This document shows, piece by piece, positions 13,383 to 30,600 of a stretch of DNA of 64,000 nucleotides. The stretch lies in assembly GCF_009914755.1 (NCBI RefSeq), contig NC_060925.1. One strand, 5' to 3'. The notes below the pieces were generated by a model that saw nothing but the letters and a program-made list of their open reading frames with translations, did no database searches and was not told the origin of the DNA. The stretch is from the human T2T-CHM13v2.0 reference genome, Homo sapiens. The position numbers were made by a program, and so were the translations under genes. Position 1 is the stretch's first letter. Every line of letters starts with the position of its first letter.

Positions 13383-14184
13383 TCATTTGTTCAACAACTA
13401 TTTAATAAGCTCTTACTTTGCGTCAGGTACTAAGTTAAACAAGAAAATATTTTAAATACAATCAACAAAGCACTCTGCACTCCGAATATTCAACTATATA
13501 AGACTGATTGGTCAGCGTTTTCTTGGCTCACCTTAGCAACAGAAGGCCACGCTGGCCTGACCTCAGGGGGCTGCATGCGGGAACTTGACTGGTATTCTCT
13601 CTCTCCCTTTTCTGTTCCCTGTTCTCCCTTTTGCTCCTCCTTTCTCTGTTTCCATCTTAATATCTCCTCTCTGTTTCTCTCTGCATATTAACTTTGTTCT
13701 CGCAAGCTACTTATTCTTACAAGCATACAACTGTAGCCACAGGGAGCTCTGGACTTGTATCCCTACATATTTGTTTCTGGAAAAGAAAGCAAGCTTCCAG
13801 CTTCAGTTAATTCCAAGGATCCTACTTGGCCTGAGGAGAAGCTCAACTTTGGATCAGGTGGTGGGTTACAACTATTAGCCCACTTGTGGTCATATGTCCA
13901 CTCCTGTGGCCAGGAAGGTGGGGTCTGTTACAATTATATAAGCTAGCGAGAGGAGATAAGGAGTATAATGTTAGGTAAAGAATAGCTATTGCAAAGACCG
14001 CATGTCATTAGTGTGCTATTACAAAACATGCTATGAGAAAAACCATCTAAAATTATCCATTGTCTATTTAAAAGAACATACAATTTTAATTAAAAGAGTG
14101 CAAAGCATGCTATCAGAAAATCTAAACAGGAAGACATAAAATAGCTGAAAACAATTAAAAAAATACCTAACAAGGTATTTTCCT

Positions 14185-14440
14185 CTAATCATCAAGACTC
14201 AGCTTAAATGTCACTTCTCTGTTAAGTTTCTATCTGACCCTCAAGACTGTCTAGGTACTCCCTCTCATACAGTGCCAGTGTTTCTCCTCTCCCACACTTG
14301 CCACATGGAAATTCATTATTTGTTTAAAGTTTTTTCCTCTGGTAAGATTGTAACCTCCACGAGAGCAGGAACACATCTAGAGTCCAGCATAATGCCTGAC
14401 ACACAGTAAACACTCAATAGATGTTATTTTAATGACTAAA
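14185..14440 (+). mobile_element. L2 3' end
   Basis: catcaagactcagcttaaatgtcac...agattgtaacctccacgagagcagg...aatgcctgacacacagtaaacactcaata. Confidence 0.75.
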
Positions 14441-14799
14441 ATGAGGCAGTTTAAAACAATCAGATATAATTTTTACATTCTAAATTTGTAAGGATTTTTT
14501 AAACTGATAATTTTCAGTGCTATCTAGGATCATTAAAAAGGTAATTCTTACACACCACTGATAAAATTGTAAATTGATGCCACATTTCTAGAGGAAAATT
14601 TTGCAATTGGGACTGGAGCTCAAAATGTAAAATGTTCATAGCCTTTGAATTTTATTTAGAAACTTAAGGAAATAATCAGGCAGTTAGTTATACTCAAGGC
14701 TGTAGCTGCAAATGTCTCTTTTATAACTTTCTCCCTGTTTTCTTCTTTCTAACTACCTTCATCACCAGCTGTAAACCTCATGCAAGTAAAATATATTGG

Positions 14800-17745
14800 C
14801 TGTTATTTCTCCTTGCACAATTATTTAAAAACTGTGGCTCACCTCCTCTTACTCCTCAAAGTGTGATCTCCTGGCTCATCACCGATGTCTCCAGTACAGC
14901 TCTTGAATTAATTCTTAGTGATTTCAATATCTGAGTACATGATCCTTCCAAAATCCTGGCCTCTCAATTATTAAGCCTCTTTTCTCCAATGGTTTTCACC
15001 GCTGTCCTTTGAGATATCTACTTCCATGGTTTTCCTCTAGACTTTGTCATGCTGTTCACTACTGTAATCTTAGTTTTCAGAATTCCAACTCTCTAAGCAA
15101 CACCCTCTGTCTTTAAGGTTCATTCCTTTTATAATATCCTTATAAAGACTGTTAAAGTACCCTAATTCTAACAATTCTTTCAGCCAACCAGGACTATGTT
15201 AGTCCATTTTGCATTGCAATAAAGGAATACCTGAGGCTGGGTAACTTATAAAGAGAAGAGGTTTATTTGGTTTGTGGTTCTGCAGTCTGTACAAGAAGCA
15301 TGGCAACAGCATCTGCTTCTGGTGAAGCCTCAGGAAGCTTCCAATCATGGCGGAAGGTGGAGGGGGAGCAGGAATGTCACATGGTGAAAGAGGGAGCAAG
15401 AAAGGGGAAGAGGTGCCAGGTTCTGTTAGACAACCAGCTCTCATGTAAACTAACAGAGTCAGGACTCACTCATTATTATAGGGAGGGCACCAAGCCATTC
15501 ATGAGGGACCTGTCTCCATGACTGAAACACCTCCCACTAGGCAACCCTACTCTAATAGTGGGGATCACATTTCAACATGAGATTTGGAGGGGACTAACAT
15601 CCAAACTATATCAAGGACTTACAATCCACCCTGTCCTTCTCATTGTGCTAATTTTCTTCCTCACACCATTAGATTCTATGTGACTTCATTATAGTCATTC
15701 TCCTGTCCCTTTCTATCCTCATTGCACTCACATGGTCCAAATAAAATTCTGGTTAAAGCAACTTCTCTATTTATGTCTGCATCTAAGCTGCTGAATTTGC
15801 TGGTGGAAAATAAAAATCATGGTGACTGCTCTGTTTAAATTAATGATCTGCAACTGTAAGAGAAACCCTTATTATTTCCTGGTGACCCTGCTATTTTACC
15901 TTAGACTTTTTCCTTTCTCATCAGCTCTCTAAATCTCTAACATCTTCCCTTTCCTCTTCTCTCACATCTGATGCTCTTGATTTCTACTTCACAGAGAAAA
16001 ATATAAGCAGTTGGAATTTACTTTCTACAATCGCTCCCCAACCATGTTTACCAGCCTACAGACACCTGTGCCTCCTCTGCTTATTTAAAACAAGCTTGTA
16101 CACTATATCTCATCCTTTTCTGCTTACTCAAGGACATTGTTCCAGCAAATCTCTTCTCTCTCTCATGCATCATCAATTTTGTTTTATACTGGATCATTCC
16201 CACCCATATGGGACATTGTGCTATTTTTTTTTTATTTTGAAAAAACCAAAAACCAAAACTGTCTCCACTTCTGCCATCAGCTACCAGCCTCCTTTTTCTG
16301 CTACCCTTTAGAGGAGATTCCTCAGAAGAGTTGTCTGTACTTGATTCTATTTTGCTTTGCATATTTTCTCTTGATTCCCTTCTAATTAGGTATTCATTTC
16401 TACCACTCTACAGAAACAGCTTTTGTCAAAATCATCAGTGATCTTTTTGTTTCCAGATCTAATGATCAATTATTAGTGCTCAGCCTATTTGAATTATCAG
16501 CAGCATTTGACATACGTAACCACTCCTTCCTGTATCACTTTCTTCACTTGGCTTTGAGACTGTCACTCACTCCGTCTCTTGTGGTTTTCTTCCTACCTAC
16601 TGATCATGCATGTTTAGCCTCTTTTGCTGGTTACTCATGTCCCTGACTTAAATATTGGAATGCCCTGGGACTCCACCCATAGATCTTTTCTCCTTTCTAT
16701 CTGTACTGCCTCCCTAGATGATTTTGTCTATTTATGTGGCCTTAAATACCATGCAAATGCTGATGACTTCTGAATTGTTTCCTCATGTCAGACCACTCCT
16801 CTAAACTCCAGGCTCATATATCCAATTCCTACTTGATCTCTCAGATGTTTACTTTGCATGTCAAACTTAATAGATCAAGTCCTGATCATCTGATCTCTCC
16901 ATCTTGCTTGTCCTATAATCCTCCTTATCTCATTAATTGACAACTTCAATCTTTCAGCAGTCAAGGTTTAAATCTTAAAGTTACTACTAACTCTTCTCTT
17001 TCACTCATATTATCTATTAGCAAATTCTGTTGGCACTATCTTCAACGTCCAGAGTCTGACTGCTTCTCACTACTTTCCCTACTGTCTCTCTAGCTTAAGA
17101 TACTTTCATCTCCCCAGATTGCTGCAAGACATCCTGGCTAGTCTCCCTGCTACCACCCTTATCTTATTTTAATCCTCTCAATACAGCATCACAGTGATCC
17201 TTGGAAAATGTAAGTCTGATAATTTCACTTCTCTACATAAAACTCTCCAGGGCTCCCATCTCCCTCAGATTGAAAATCAAAATTTTCATCAATGCCTATG
17301 ATAATCTGGCAATCCATTAACTCTATGACCACATCTACCATTCACACACTTGCTCAGTCCACTCTAGCCACTCTGCTTCCTTGTTGTTCTTTGAACACTT
17401 AAGCAAAATTCTATCTTGGGACATTTGCATTGATACCACTTGGAATGCTTTTCTTCCAGATATGCATATAGATCACGCCTTAACTCTTTTAGTTATCTGC
17501 TAAAATAGCACATCAAAATGAGACTTCATATTACCATTCTATTTAAATTATAACTTCTTTCCTGGCAATTCTCATTTCTATTCTCTGTCTTCTATCCTTC
17601 ATTAGCCTTATATAACATATTTGCTTGTTGATTATGTGTCTTATTAGAATGTAAGCTTGAGGGCAGGAATTTTGTCTCTATCACCTGAAATACTGCCTAT
17701 TGTATATTGGCACTCATACAGTGTTGTCAAATAAATAAATGAAAT
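14800..17745 (+). mobile_element. Long decayed L2a LINE, interrupted by MSTA
   Basis: Pyrimidine-rich L2 ORF2/3' motifs (cagcagcatttgaca; aaataccatgcaaatgctgatgac; tagaatgtaagcttgagggcagg), ending aataaataaatgaa. Confidence 0.8.
15195..15613 (-). mobile_element. MSTA solo LTR
   Basis: ttagtccattttgcattgcaataaaggaatacctgaggctggg...catccaaactatatca; exact TSD AGGAC (15190-15194, 15614-15618). Confidence 0.92.
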
Positions 17746-17749
17746 GCTT

Positions 17750-18468
17750 ATCTATAAGATGAAAAATTAGGGACATTCTTAAATATCCAATAATATAATA
17801 ATGTCTGAATAAGTCATGGCAAATGAATTATGTTTCTATATGATGAAACAAAAATATCCACCAAAATTAGCATTAAGAGAATATTTGATGAAAAGAAAAT
17901 CCTTGAACTACCTGCAAAATGAAGGAAAATAAGATTGTAAATACATGCATAGTTAAAACTTGCATACGTGCATAATTTGGGAAATAATATAAATTATGTG
18001 TTTTCTATTATTTACTTTGCAAAAACATAAGAATGAAAGACTGGAAAGAAATAAGACAAAATAATAATAAATAGTGTCTCCTATTTAGTATTTCTGTCAA
18101 TGAATTAGTCAATTCAATTAGAAAAGGTAATTAAAGTAGCAAAAAAAATAAAGCAAAATTATCATTATTTACAAATTATATAATTATGCAAAACTAGAAA
18201 ACCTAAGCAAACCAACTAAAAACCCAGTAGAAGCAAAAAAATTCAGTAAGACGATGGATTGAACAATTAGCAAAAATAAATAGCTTCTCAATGTACAAAA
18301 GATGATCAATATAAAATAATATGAAAGAATAGGTATGAACCGAAAGAAAGAGTATCTAGAAACAAACCGTGTAAGGAATGTGTAGAACCTCTATGAAGAA
18401 AATGTTTAAATTCTCTGAGAGATATAAAAGAACATGTAAGTAAACAAAGAACAAACAACATGCTATTA
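17750..18468 (+). mobile_element. Ancient L1 (L1ME-like) fragments; host of the THE1D insertion, resuming at about 27124
   Basis: A-rich decayed ORF2-like sequence (ctagaaaacctaag...attcagtaag...tatgaagaaaatg). Confidence 0.6.
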
Positions 18469-18473
18469 TTTAT

Positions 18474-18844
18474 TGATATGGTTTAGCTCTATGTCCCCAC
18501 CCAAAAGTCATCTTGAATAGTAATCCCCGTGTGTCAAAGGAGAGACCTAGCGGGAAGGTGATTGGATCATGGGGGCAGTTTTCCGCATGCCGTTCTCCTG
18601 ATAGTGAGTGAGTTCTCATGAGATCTGATGGTTTAAAATTGGCACTTCCCTCTTCACTCTCTCTCTGTCTCTCCTGCCACCATGTGAAGAAGGTCCTTGC
18701 TTCCCTTTCATCTTCTGTCATGATTGTAAGTTTCCTGAGGCCTCCCCAGTCATGCAGAACTATGAGTCAATCAAACCTCTTTCCTTTACAAATTACCCAG
18801 TCTCAGGGAAGTTTTTTATAGCAGCATGAAAATGAATGAATACA
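18474..18844 (+). mobile_element. THE1D-like 5' LTR of a MaLR provirus
   Basis: tgatatggttt...catgattgtaagtttcctgaggcctcccc...gaataca, followed directly by internal sequence. Confidence 0.92.
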
Positions 18845-19314
18845 AGATATTGGTACCGGCAGAGTGGGGTACTGCTATAAAGATACATAAAAATGTGGAA
18901 ACAACTCTGGAATGGGGTAATGGGTAGAGGTTGGAACAGTTTGGAGGGCTCAGAGGAAGACAGGCAGATGATGGAGGTTGAAACTTCCTAGAGACTTGTT
19001 GAATGGTTGTGACCAAAATACTGATAGTGATATGGACAATGAAGTCCAGGCTGAGGTAGTCTCAGAGGGAGATTAGGAACTTATTGGAAACTAGAGCAAA
19101 GGTCACTCTTGCTATGCTTTAGCAAAGAGACTGGTGGTGTTTTGTCCCTGCCCTAGAGATCTGTGGAACTTTGAATTTGAGAGAGATGATTTAGAGTATC
19201 TGGTAGAAGAAATTTCTAAGCAAAAAAGCATTGAAGATGTGACCTGATGGTTTCTAAAAGTGTATAGTCATATGCATTCACAAAGAAATTATCTGAATTT
19301 TGAACTTACATCTA
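18845..19314 (+). mobile_element. THE1 internal region, 5' part
   Basis: ttggtacc..agagtggggtactgctataaagatac...tggacaatgaagtccaggctgagg. Confidence 0.9.
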
Positions 19315-19539
19315 CTTATTATTACTGTTTTTTAAAATTTTTTATTATACTTTAAGTTTGGGGCTACAAGTGCAGAACATGCAGGTTTGTTACAAAGGTA
19401 TACATGTGCCATGGTGGTTTGTTGCACTAATTGACCCATCATCTACGTTAGGTATTTTTCCTAATGCTATTCCTCCAGTTACCCCCCACCCCCTGACAGT
19501 CCCCAGTGTGTGATGTTCCCCTCCCTGTGTCCATGTGTT

Positions 19540-23702
<4,163 letters not shown>

Positions 23703-23762
23703 GATGCTAGCTGGTTATTTTGCCCATTAGTTGAGGCAATTTTTTCATAGTGTTGATGGTCT

Positions 23763-24800
23763 TTACAATTTGGTATGTTTTTGCAGTGGCTTGTACATGT
23801 TTTTCCTTTCCATGTTTAGTGCTTCCTTCAGAAGCTCTTTTAAGGCCGGCCTGGTGGTGACAAAATCTCTCAGCATTTGCTTGTCTGTAAAGGATTTTAT
23901 TTCTCCTTCGCTTATGAAGCTTAGTTTGTCTGGATATGAAATTCTGGGTTGAAAATTCTTTTCTTTAAGAATGTTGAATATTGGCCCCCTCTCTCTTCTG
24001 TTTGTAGGGTTTCTGCAGAGTTTCACTGTTACTCTGATGGCTTCCCTTTGTGGGTAACCCGACCTTTCTCTCTGGCTGCCCTTAACATTTTTTCCTTCAT
24101 TTCAGTCTTGGTTTATCGATGATTATGTGTCTTGGGGTTGCTTTTTTCGAGAAGTATGTTTATGGTGTTCTCTGTATTTCCTGAATTTGAATGTTGGCCT
24201 GTCTTGCTAGGGTGGGGAAGTTCTCCTGGATAATATCCTGAAGTGTGTTTTCTAACTTGATTCCATTCTCCCCATCACTTTCAGGTACACCAATCAAACG
24301 AAGATTTGGTCTTTTCACATAGTCCCATATTTCTTGGAGGCTTTGTTCTTTCCTTTTCATTCTTCTTTCTCTAATCTTGTCTTCATGCTTTATTTCATTA
24401 AGTTGATCTTCCATCTCTGATATCCTCTCTTCCATTTGATCGATTTGGCTCTTGATACTTGTGTATGATTTACGAAGTTCTCATGCAGTGTTTTTCAGCT
24501 CCATCAGGTCATTTATGTTCTTGTCTAAACTTGTTATTCTAGTTAGCTGTTCCTGTAACCTTTTATCAAGGTTCTTGGCTTCCTTGCATTGGGTTAGAAC
24601 ATGCTCCTTTAGCTCAGAGGAGTTTGCTATTACCCACCTTCTGAAGCCTACTTCTGTAAATTTGTCAAACTCATTCTCCATCCAGTTTTGTTCCCTTGTT
24701 GGTGAGGCATTGTGATCCTTTCAAGGAGAAGAGGGATTATGGTTTTTGGACTTTTCAGCCTTTTTGAGCTGTTTTTTCTTCATCTTTGTGCATTTATCTA
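23763..24800 (-). pseudogene. L1 ORF1p remnant (frameshifted)
   Basis: ORF track pieces 24481-24681, 24160-24435 and 23763-24026 (NFQPRISYP..LSFISEGEIKSFTDKQMLRDFVTTRPAL). Confidence 0.9.
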
Positions 24801-26114
24801 CCTTTGGTCTTTGATGTTGGTGACCTTCGGATGGGGTTTTGCGTGGATGTCCTTTTTGATGATGTTGATGCAATTGCTTCTGTTAGTTTTCCTCTAAGAC
24901 TCAGGCACCTCTTCTGCAGGTCTGCTGGAGTTTGCTGGAGGTCCATTCCATACTCTGTTTGCCTGGGTATTACCAGTGTAGGTGCAGAACAGCAAAGATT
25001 GATGCCTGTTCCTTCCTCTGGAAGTTTTGTCCCAGAGAGGTAACTGCAAGATGCCAGCCAGAGCTCTTCTGTATGAGGTGTCTGTTGACCCCTGCTGGGA
25101 GGTGTCTCCCAGTCAGGAGGCATAGGGTTCAGGGACCTACTTTAGAAGACAGTCTGTCCCTTGGCATAGCTCGATCGCTGTGCTGGGAGATCTGCTGCTC
25201 TCTTCAGAGCCAGCAGGCAGGAATGTTTAAGTCTGCTGAAGCTGCACCCACAGCCACCTCTTCCCCGAGCTGTTCTGTCCCAGGGATATGGGAGTTTTAT
25301 CTATAAGCTTCTGACTGGGGCTGCTGCCTTTCTTTCAGAGTTTCCCTGTGCAGAGAAGAGGAATCTAGAGAGGCAGTTTGGCTACAGCAGCTTTACCACG
25401 CTGTGGTGGGTTTCACACCCAGTTCAAACTTACTGGCAGCTTTGTTTACATTGTGAAGGGAGAACCGTCTACTCAAGCCTCAGCAATGGCAGACTCCCTT
25501 CCCCCAACCAAGCTCAAATGTCCCAGGTTGACTTCAGACTGCTGTGCTGGCAGTGAGAATTTCAAGCCAGTGGCTCCTAGCTTGCTGTGCTCTGTGGGGG
25601 TTGGATCCACTGAGCAAGATCACTTGGCTCCCTGGCTTCAGCCCCCTTTCCGGAGGAGTGAATGGTTCTGTCTCACTGGCATTTCAGGCATGACTGGCGT
25701 ACGGAAAACAAACAAACAAACAAAACAAAACAAAACTCTCCTGCAGCTAGCTCGGTGTCTGCCCAAGCAGCTGCCCAGTTTTGTGCTTGAAGCCCAGGGC
25801 TCTGGTGACATAGGCACCCGAGATAACTCCTGGTCTTTGGGTAGTAAAGACCATGGGAAAATCATAGTATCTGGGCTGAATAGCACCGTACCTCACGGCA
25901 CAGTCCCTCATGGCTTCCCTTTGCTAGGGTATGGAGTTCCCCAACCCCTTGCACTTTCTGGGTGAGTCGATGCCCCACCCGGCTTCTGCTTGCCCTCTGT
26001 GGGCTGCAACCACAGTCTCAATGAGATGAACCTGATACCTTAGTTGGAAATGCAGAAATCACCTGCCTTCTGCTTTGGTCTCACTGGGAGCTGCAGACTG
26101 GACCTCTTCCTATT

Positions 26115-26125
26115 CGGCCATCTTG
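26115..26125 (-). promoter_or_regulatory. Intact YY1 motif at the L1 5' end
   Basis: The minus strand reads CAAGATGGCCG about 12 nt from the L1 start, the known position of the L1 promoter YY1 site. Confidence 0.75.
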
Positions 26126-26137
26126 CCCTAATCCCCC

Positions 26138-26923
26138 AAACTTATATTTAAAAGGGAAGCAGAGCATAAACATTTGGAAAATTTGCAGCCTCACCATGCA
26201 GTAGAAAAAAACCCATTTTCTGAGGAGAAATTTAATGTGGCTGCAGAAATTTACATAAGCAGTGAGGAGCCAAATGTTAATAGCCAAGACAATGGGAAAG
26301 ATGTCTTCAGGGCATTTCAGAGATCTTCACGGCAGCCTCTACCATCAAAGGCCTGGAGGCCTAGGAGGAAAAAATGATTTCATGGGCTGGGCCCAGGACC
26401 TGGCTGCTCTGTGCAGCCTCAGGACTTGGTGCCCTGTGTCCCAGCAGCTCCAGCTTCAGCAGTGGCTAAATGTGGTTAAGATACAGCTTGGGCCATTGCT
26501 TCAGAGGGTGCAAGCCCCAAACCTTGGTGGCTTGCACATGGTGTTAGGCCTTCAGGTGTGCAGAAGAAAAGGATTGAGCTTTGAGAGCCTCTGCCTGATT
26601 TTAGAGGATGTATGGAAGTGCCTGGAAGTCCAGGCAGACGTCTGCTACAAGGGTGGAGCCCTCATGGAGACCATCTACTAGGGCAATGCAAACGGGAACT
26701 GGGGGGTTGGAGCCCCCACACAGAGTCCCCACTGGGGCACTGCCTAGTGGAGCTGTGAGAAAAGGCCCACCATCCTCCATACCCCAGAATGATAGATCCA
26801 CTGGCAGCTTGCACCATGCACTTGGAAAAGCCTTGGGTGCTCAATGCCAGCCTGTGAAGGTAGCTGTGGGGGCTCTACCCTGTAGAACCACAGGGACAGA
26901 ATTGGTTAAGGCCTTGCAAGCCC
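26138..26923 (+). mobile_element. THE1 internal region, 3' part (3'-deleted)
   Basis: tttaaaagggaagcagagcataaa...ccccacacagagtccccactggggcactgcctagtggagctgtgag. Confidence 0.9.
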
Positions 26924-27118
26924 AGTTTTCCCTGCATGCCCTCTTTCTCTCCTGCCCTCATGTAAGACGTGCCTTGCTTTCCCTTCATCTTCAACCATGA
27001 TTGTAAGTTTCTGAGGCCTTCCCAGCCATGTGGAACTGTGAGTCAATGAAACTCCTTTTATTTATAAATTATGCAGTCTTAGGCAATTTTTATAGCAGTG
27101 TGAAAATGGATTAATACA
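26924..27118 (+). mobile_element. THE1 3' LTR with its 5' half missing
   Basis: catgattgtaagttt...gaaaatggattaataca; provirus TSD tttat (18469-18473) / tttgt (27119-27123). Confidence 0.88.
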
Positions 27119-27689
27119 TTTGTGATTGAATTTATTAATGCAATATAAACCTTAAAAGCATACCATTGAGTTTTGGGATTGAAGAAAATAATACTAAAAT
27201 CCATCTGGAAAAATAAATCTCTAAGAATATGCTGGAAAAAGTGATTAATGATGGTCTTGTCTTATTGTTTATCAAAATATCAAAACAAATTATGATACTA
27301 TAATAATAAAACCATATTACACCAAATAAGAAATAGAGATTTAATGGGATAGAGTTCAGATATAGACTCAAATATATAGGAGATTTTATTATAAGTAAGT
27401 TACTTCCAAATAAGTTGGAATAAAAGGTCTTATTCAATTGATGTTGGAACAACTGTTTAATAGTATTTATTTATAAGACCTATTTACACCCAACCCAAAA
27501 GGAAAAATCAACACCAAAATAACTGAGATGAATCATAACATTTACATGTTTAAAATGAAATGATGAAAGTTTTTTTCGATAAATCATAGATGCTTTAAAA
27601 AATCTTAAAGTTGGGGAGGACTTTCTAAAAGGGCTATAAAATGATATTAAAAATTGTAAAATATAAGACTGACAATAAGATTGACAATG

Positions 27690-30600
27690 AGGGCCACTGT
27701 TGCTGCTGCCACAGTGGGCAATTGCATGGTCATCTGGAGACCTATGGATCTACCACCCCATCTGCCATCACTAGTGCCCATGTACACCTTCTGGATGCCT
27801 GAGGATAGGCCTGCTGTACCCCACCACTGCCACCACTCATGCTGTCCAGAGGTCTGGAGATAAGGCCTGCCTTGCCCACTGCCACTAGTGGGTACACAGA
27901 CCATCCGAGGGCATAAGGATGGGCTCACCCTACCTGGTGCCAGTGCCTGTGTGCACCTCCTGGGGGACTGAACACCAGCCTGCACAACTTGCTGCCATCA
28001 CCACTGATGCTCACCTGTTATGCCACTGGGAGCCTGGCGACCTACCCACTCATTCCATTGCTGCAACTTGTACCTGCATGCACAGCTTGGGGGCCCAATG
28101 ATTGGCCTACTGCTGCTACTGTCACTGCCAATGCCACACATCACCCAGAGGCCCAAGGACTGGCATACCTATTCTACTACCACTGGTTCCCAAGGACTGG
28201 CTCACCTGGGATCCCCATCCTAAGTAAAGCCTTACCATAGCTTTTATTAACAATCACAGCTTAAGCTACTGAGGCAGTTACAGACATCACTCATGCTGGT
28301 AACAGCTGACTAAACCATACAGAGACTACACTACTGTGTACATCCAGAATTGAAGACAAAGCAAAGGACCCTATCTGATAAACACTACGAATATATCTAC
28401 AGGCAAAAGTTGTTCCCTATGAAAACCAATCCACAAAATTAGAAGCCACTGTCACATCAGATATCAACATAAGGGCATGAGAAACATGACAGATTTCTTG
28501 AAACAAATAAAAATGAAAACACAACATACCCAAACCTATGAGATGTTGCAAAACCAGTGCTAAGAGGGATGTTTATAGTAATAGATGCCTACATCAAAAA
28601 GTAGAAAGATTTCAAATAACTTAATGGTGCACCCCAAATAGCTAGAAAAGCATGAATAAACCAAACCCAAAATTAGTAGAAGAAAAAAATCAGAGCAGAA
28701 ATAAATAGAATAGAGACCAAACAAATACAAAGGATCAATGAAATGAAAAGTTTTTTTTTTGAAAAGATAAACACATCAATAAACTGCTTGCTAAACTAAG
28801 AAAAAAAGAGAGGAGACCTGAATTAATAATATCAGAAATGAAAAAGAAAATGTTACAACTGATACCACGGAAATACAAAGGGTCATTAGACACTATTATA
28901 AACAACCATATGCTAACAAATTGGAAAACCTAGATAAATGGATAAATTCCTGGATACATAGAAACCACCAAGATTGAACCAGGAAGAAATAGAAAACCAA
29001 AACAGGTCAATAATGAGTAACAAGACTGACTCACTAATAAAACGTCTCTCAATAAGGAAAATTCCAGGACTGGATGACTTTACTCTTGAATTCTACCAAA
29101 CTGATAGAACTAACACCAATTTTTCTAAAACTATTTTTAAAAATTGAAGATGAGGAAATTCTTCCTAACTTATTTTATAAGGCTAGGATTACCAGAATAC
29201 CAAAACCAGCCAAGGACACAACCACAAAAGAAAACTATAGGCCAATATTTCTAATGAACATAGATACAAAAATCCTCAACAAAATACTATCAAACCAAAT
29301 TAAATAACACATCAAAAAGTTAATACACCATGGTCAAGTGGGTTTTTCTTAGGGATGCAAGGATGGTTCACATATGCAAATTAATAAATGTGATACATCA
29401 CATCAACAAAACCATATTATTATCTCAATAGATGCAGAAAAAGCATTTGATAAAATTCACCATTTAATCATGACAGAAATGTTCAAGAAATTAGGCATAG
29501 AAGGAACATACCTGAATGACAAAGACATAGCTAACATCCTACTAAATGGGGAAAAGCTGAAGGTTTTTCCTCTAAGAACTGGAATAAGACAAGGATGCCC
29601 ACTTTCATCACTTTTATTCAACATAGTAATGAAAGTCCTAGCTGGAGCAATGAAGAAATAAAAGGAATCTAAACTGGAAAAGAGACAGTCCAATTGTCCC
29701 TCTTTGCAGATGACATAATCTTTCATACAGAAAAATTTAAAGATTCCATGAAGAAACTCTTAGAACTGATAAACAAATTAAGAAAAGTTGCAGGTTACAA
29801 AATCAACATACAGAAATCAGTAGTGTTTCTATATACCAGTAACAAACTAGAGGAAAAGAAATTAAAAAATAATCCCATTTACAACAGCTAAAAAAAAAAT
29901 ACCTAGGGATAAATTTAACCAAGGAGGTGAAAGACCTCTGCAATAAAAACTACAAATCACTGATGAAAAAATTTGAAGAGGACACACACCCAAAATAGAA
30001 ATACGTCTCATGTTCATGGATCAGAGAAATTAATATTGCTAATCATACTACCTAAAGCAATCTACAAATTAAATGCAATCTCTATCAAAATGCCAGTGAC
30101 ATTCTTTACAGAAATAGAAAAGCAATCCTAAAATGCATATGGAACTACAAAAGACCCTGAATAGCTACAGCAGTTCTGAGCAAAATGAACAAAGCTAAAG
30201 GCATCACACTACTTGATTTCAAAATATATTACAAGGCCATAGTAACCACAACAGCATTGCACTGGTATGAAAAAACAGACACAACAGACCAATAGAGCAG
30301 AAAAGTGAACTCAGAAATAAATCCATGTATTTACAGCCAAATGACTTTCTACAAAGGTGCTGAGCACCTACACTGGGGAAAGGACATCCCCTTCAGTAAA
30401 TGGTGCTGGAAAAAAACTTGGTATCTATATGCAGAAGAATGAAACTAGACCCCAATCTCTTATCATATAAAAAATTAACACAAAATGAATTAAATACTTA
30501 AATGTAAACCCAAAACCATGAAACTATTAAAAGAAAACATAAGGGAAATGCTTTACAACATTGGTCTAGGCAAAGATTTTAAGGCTAAATCCTCAAAAGC

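Noticed and set aside
25378-25965. 195-aa antisense ORF in the L1 5'UTR (ORF0-like?)
   Set aside because: It starts at TTG, runs through a (CAAA)n tract, and I see no resemblance to ORF0. GC-rich UTRs often give long stop-free frames.
26174-27000. Cluster of overlapping ORFs of 60-139 aa
   Set aside because: They lie within THE1 internal sequence and are fragments of the decayed MaLR ORF or chance frames.
27690-28260. Repeated GC-rich units resembling a spacer/repeat array
   Set aside because: The units are degenerate and lack constant repeats with unique spacers. They fit the repetitive 5'UTR of old L1M elements, not a CRISPR-like array.
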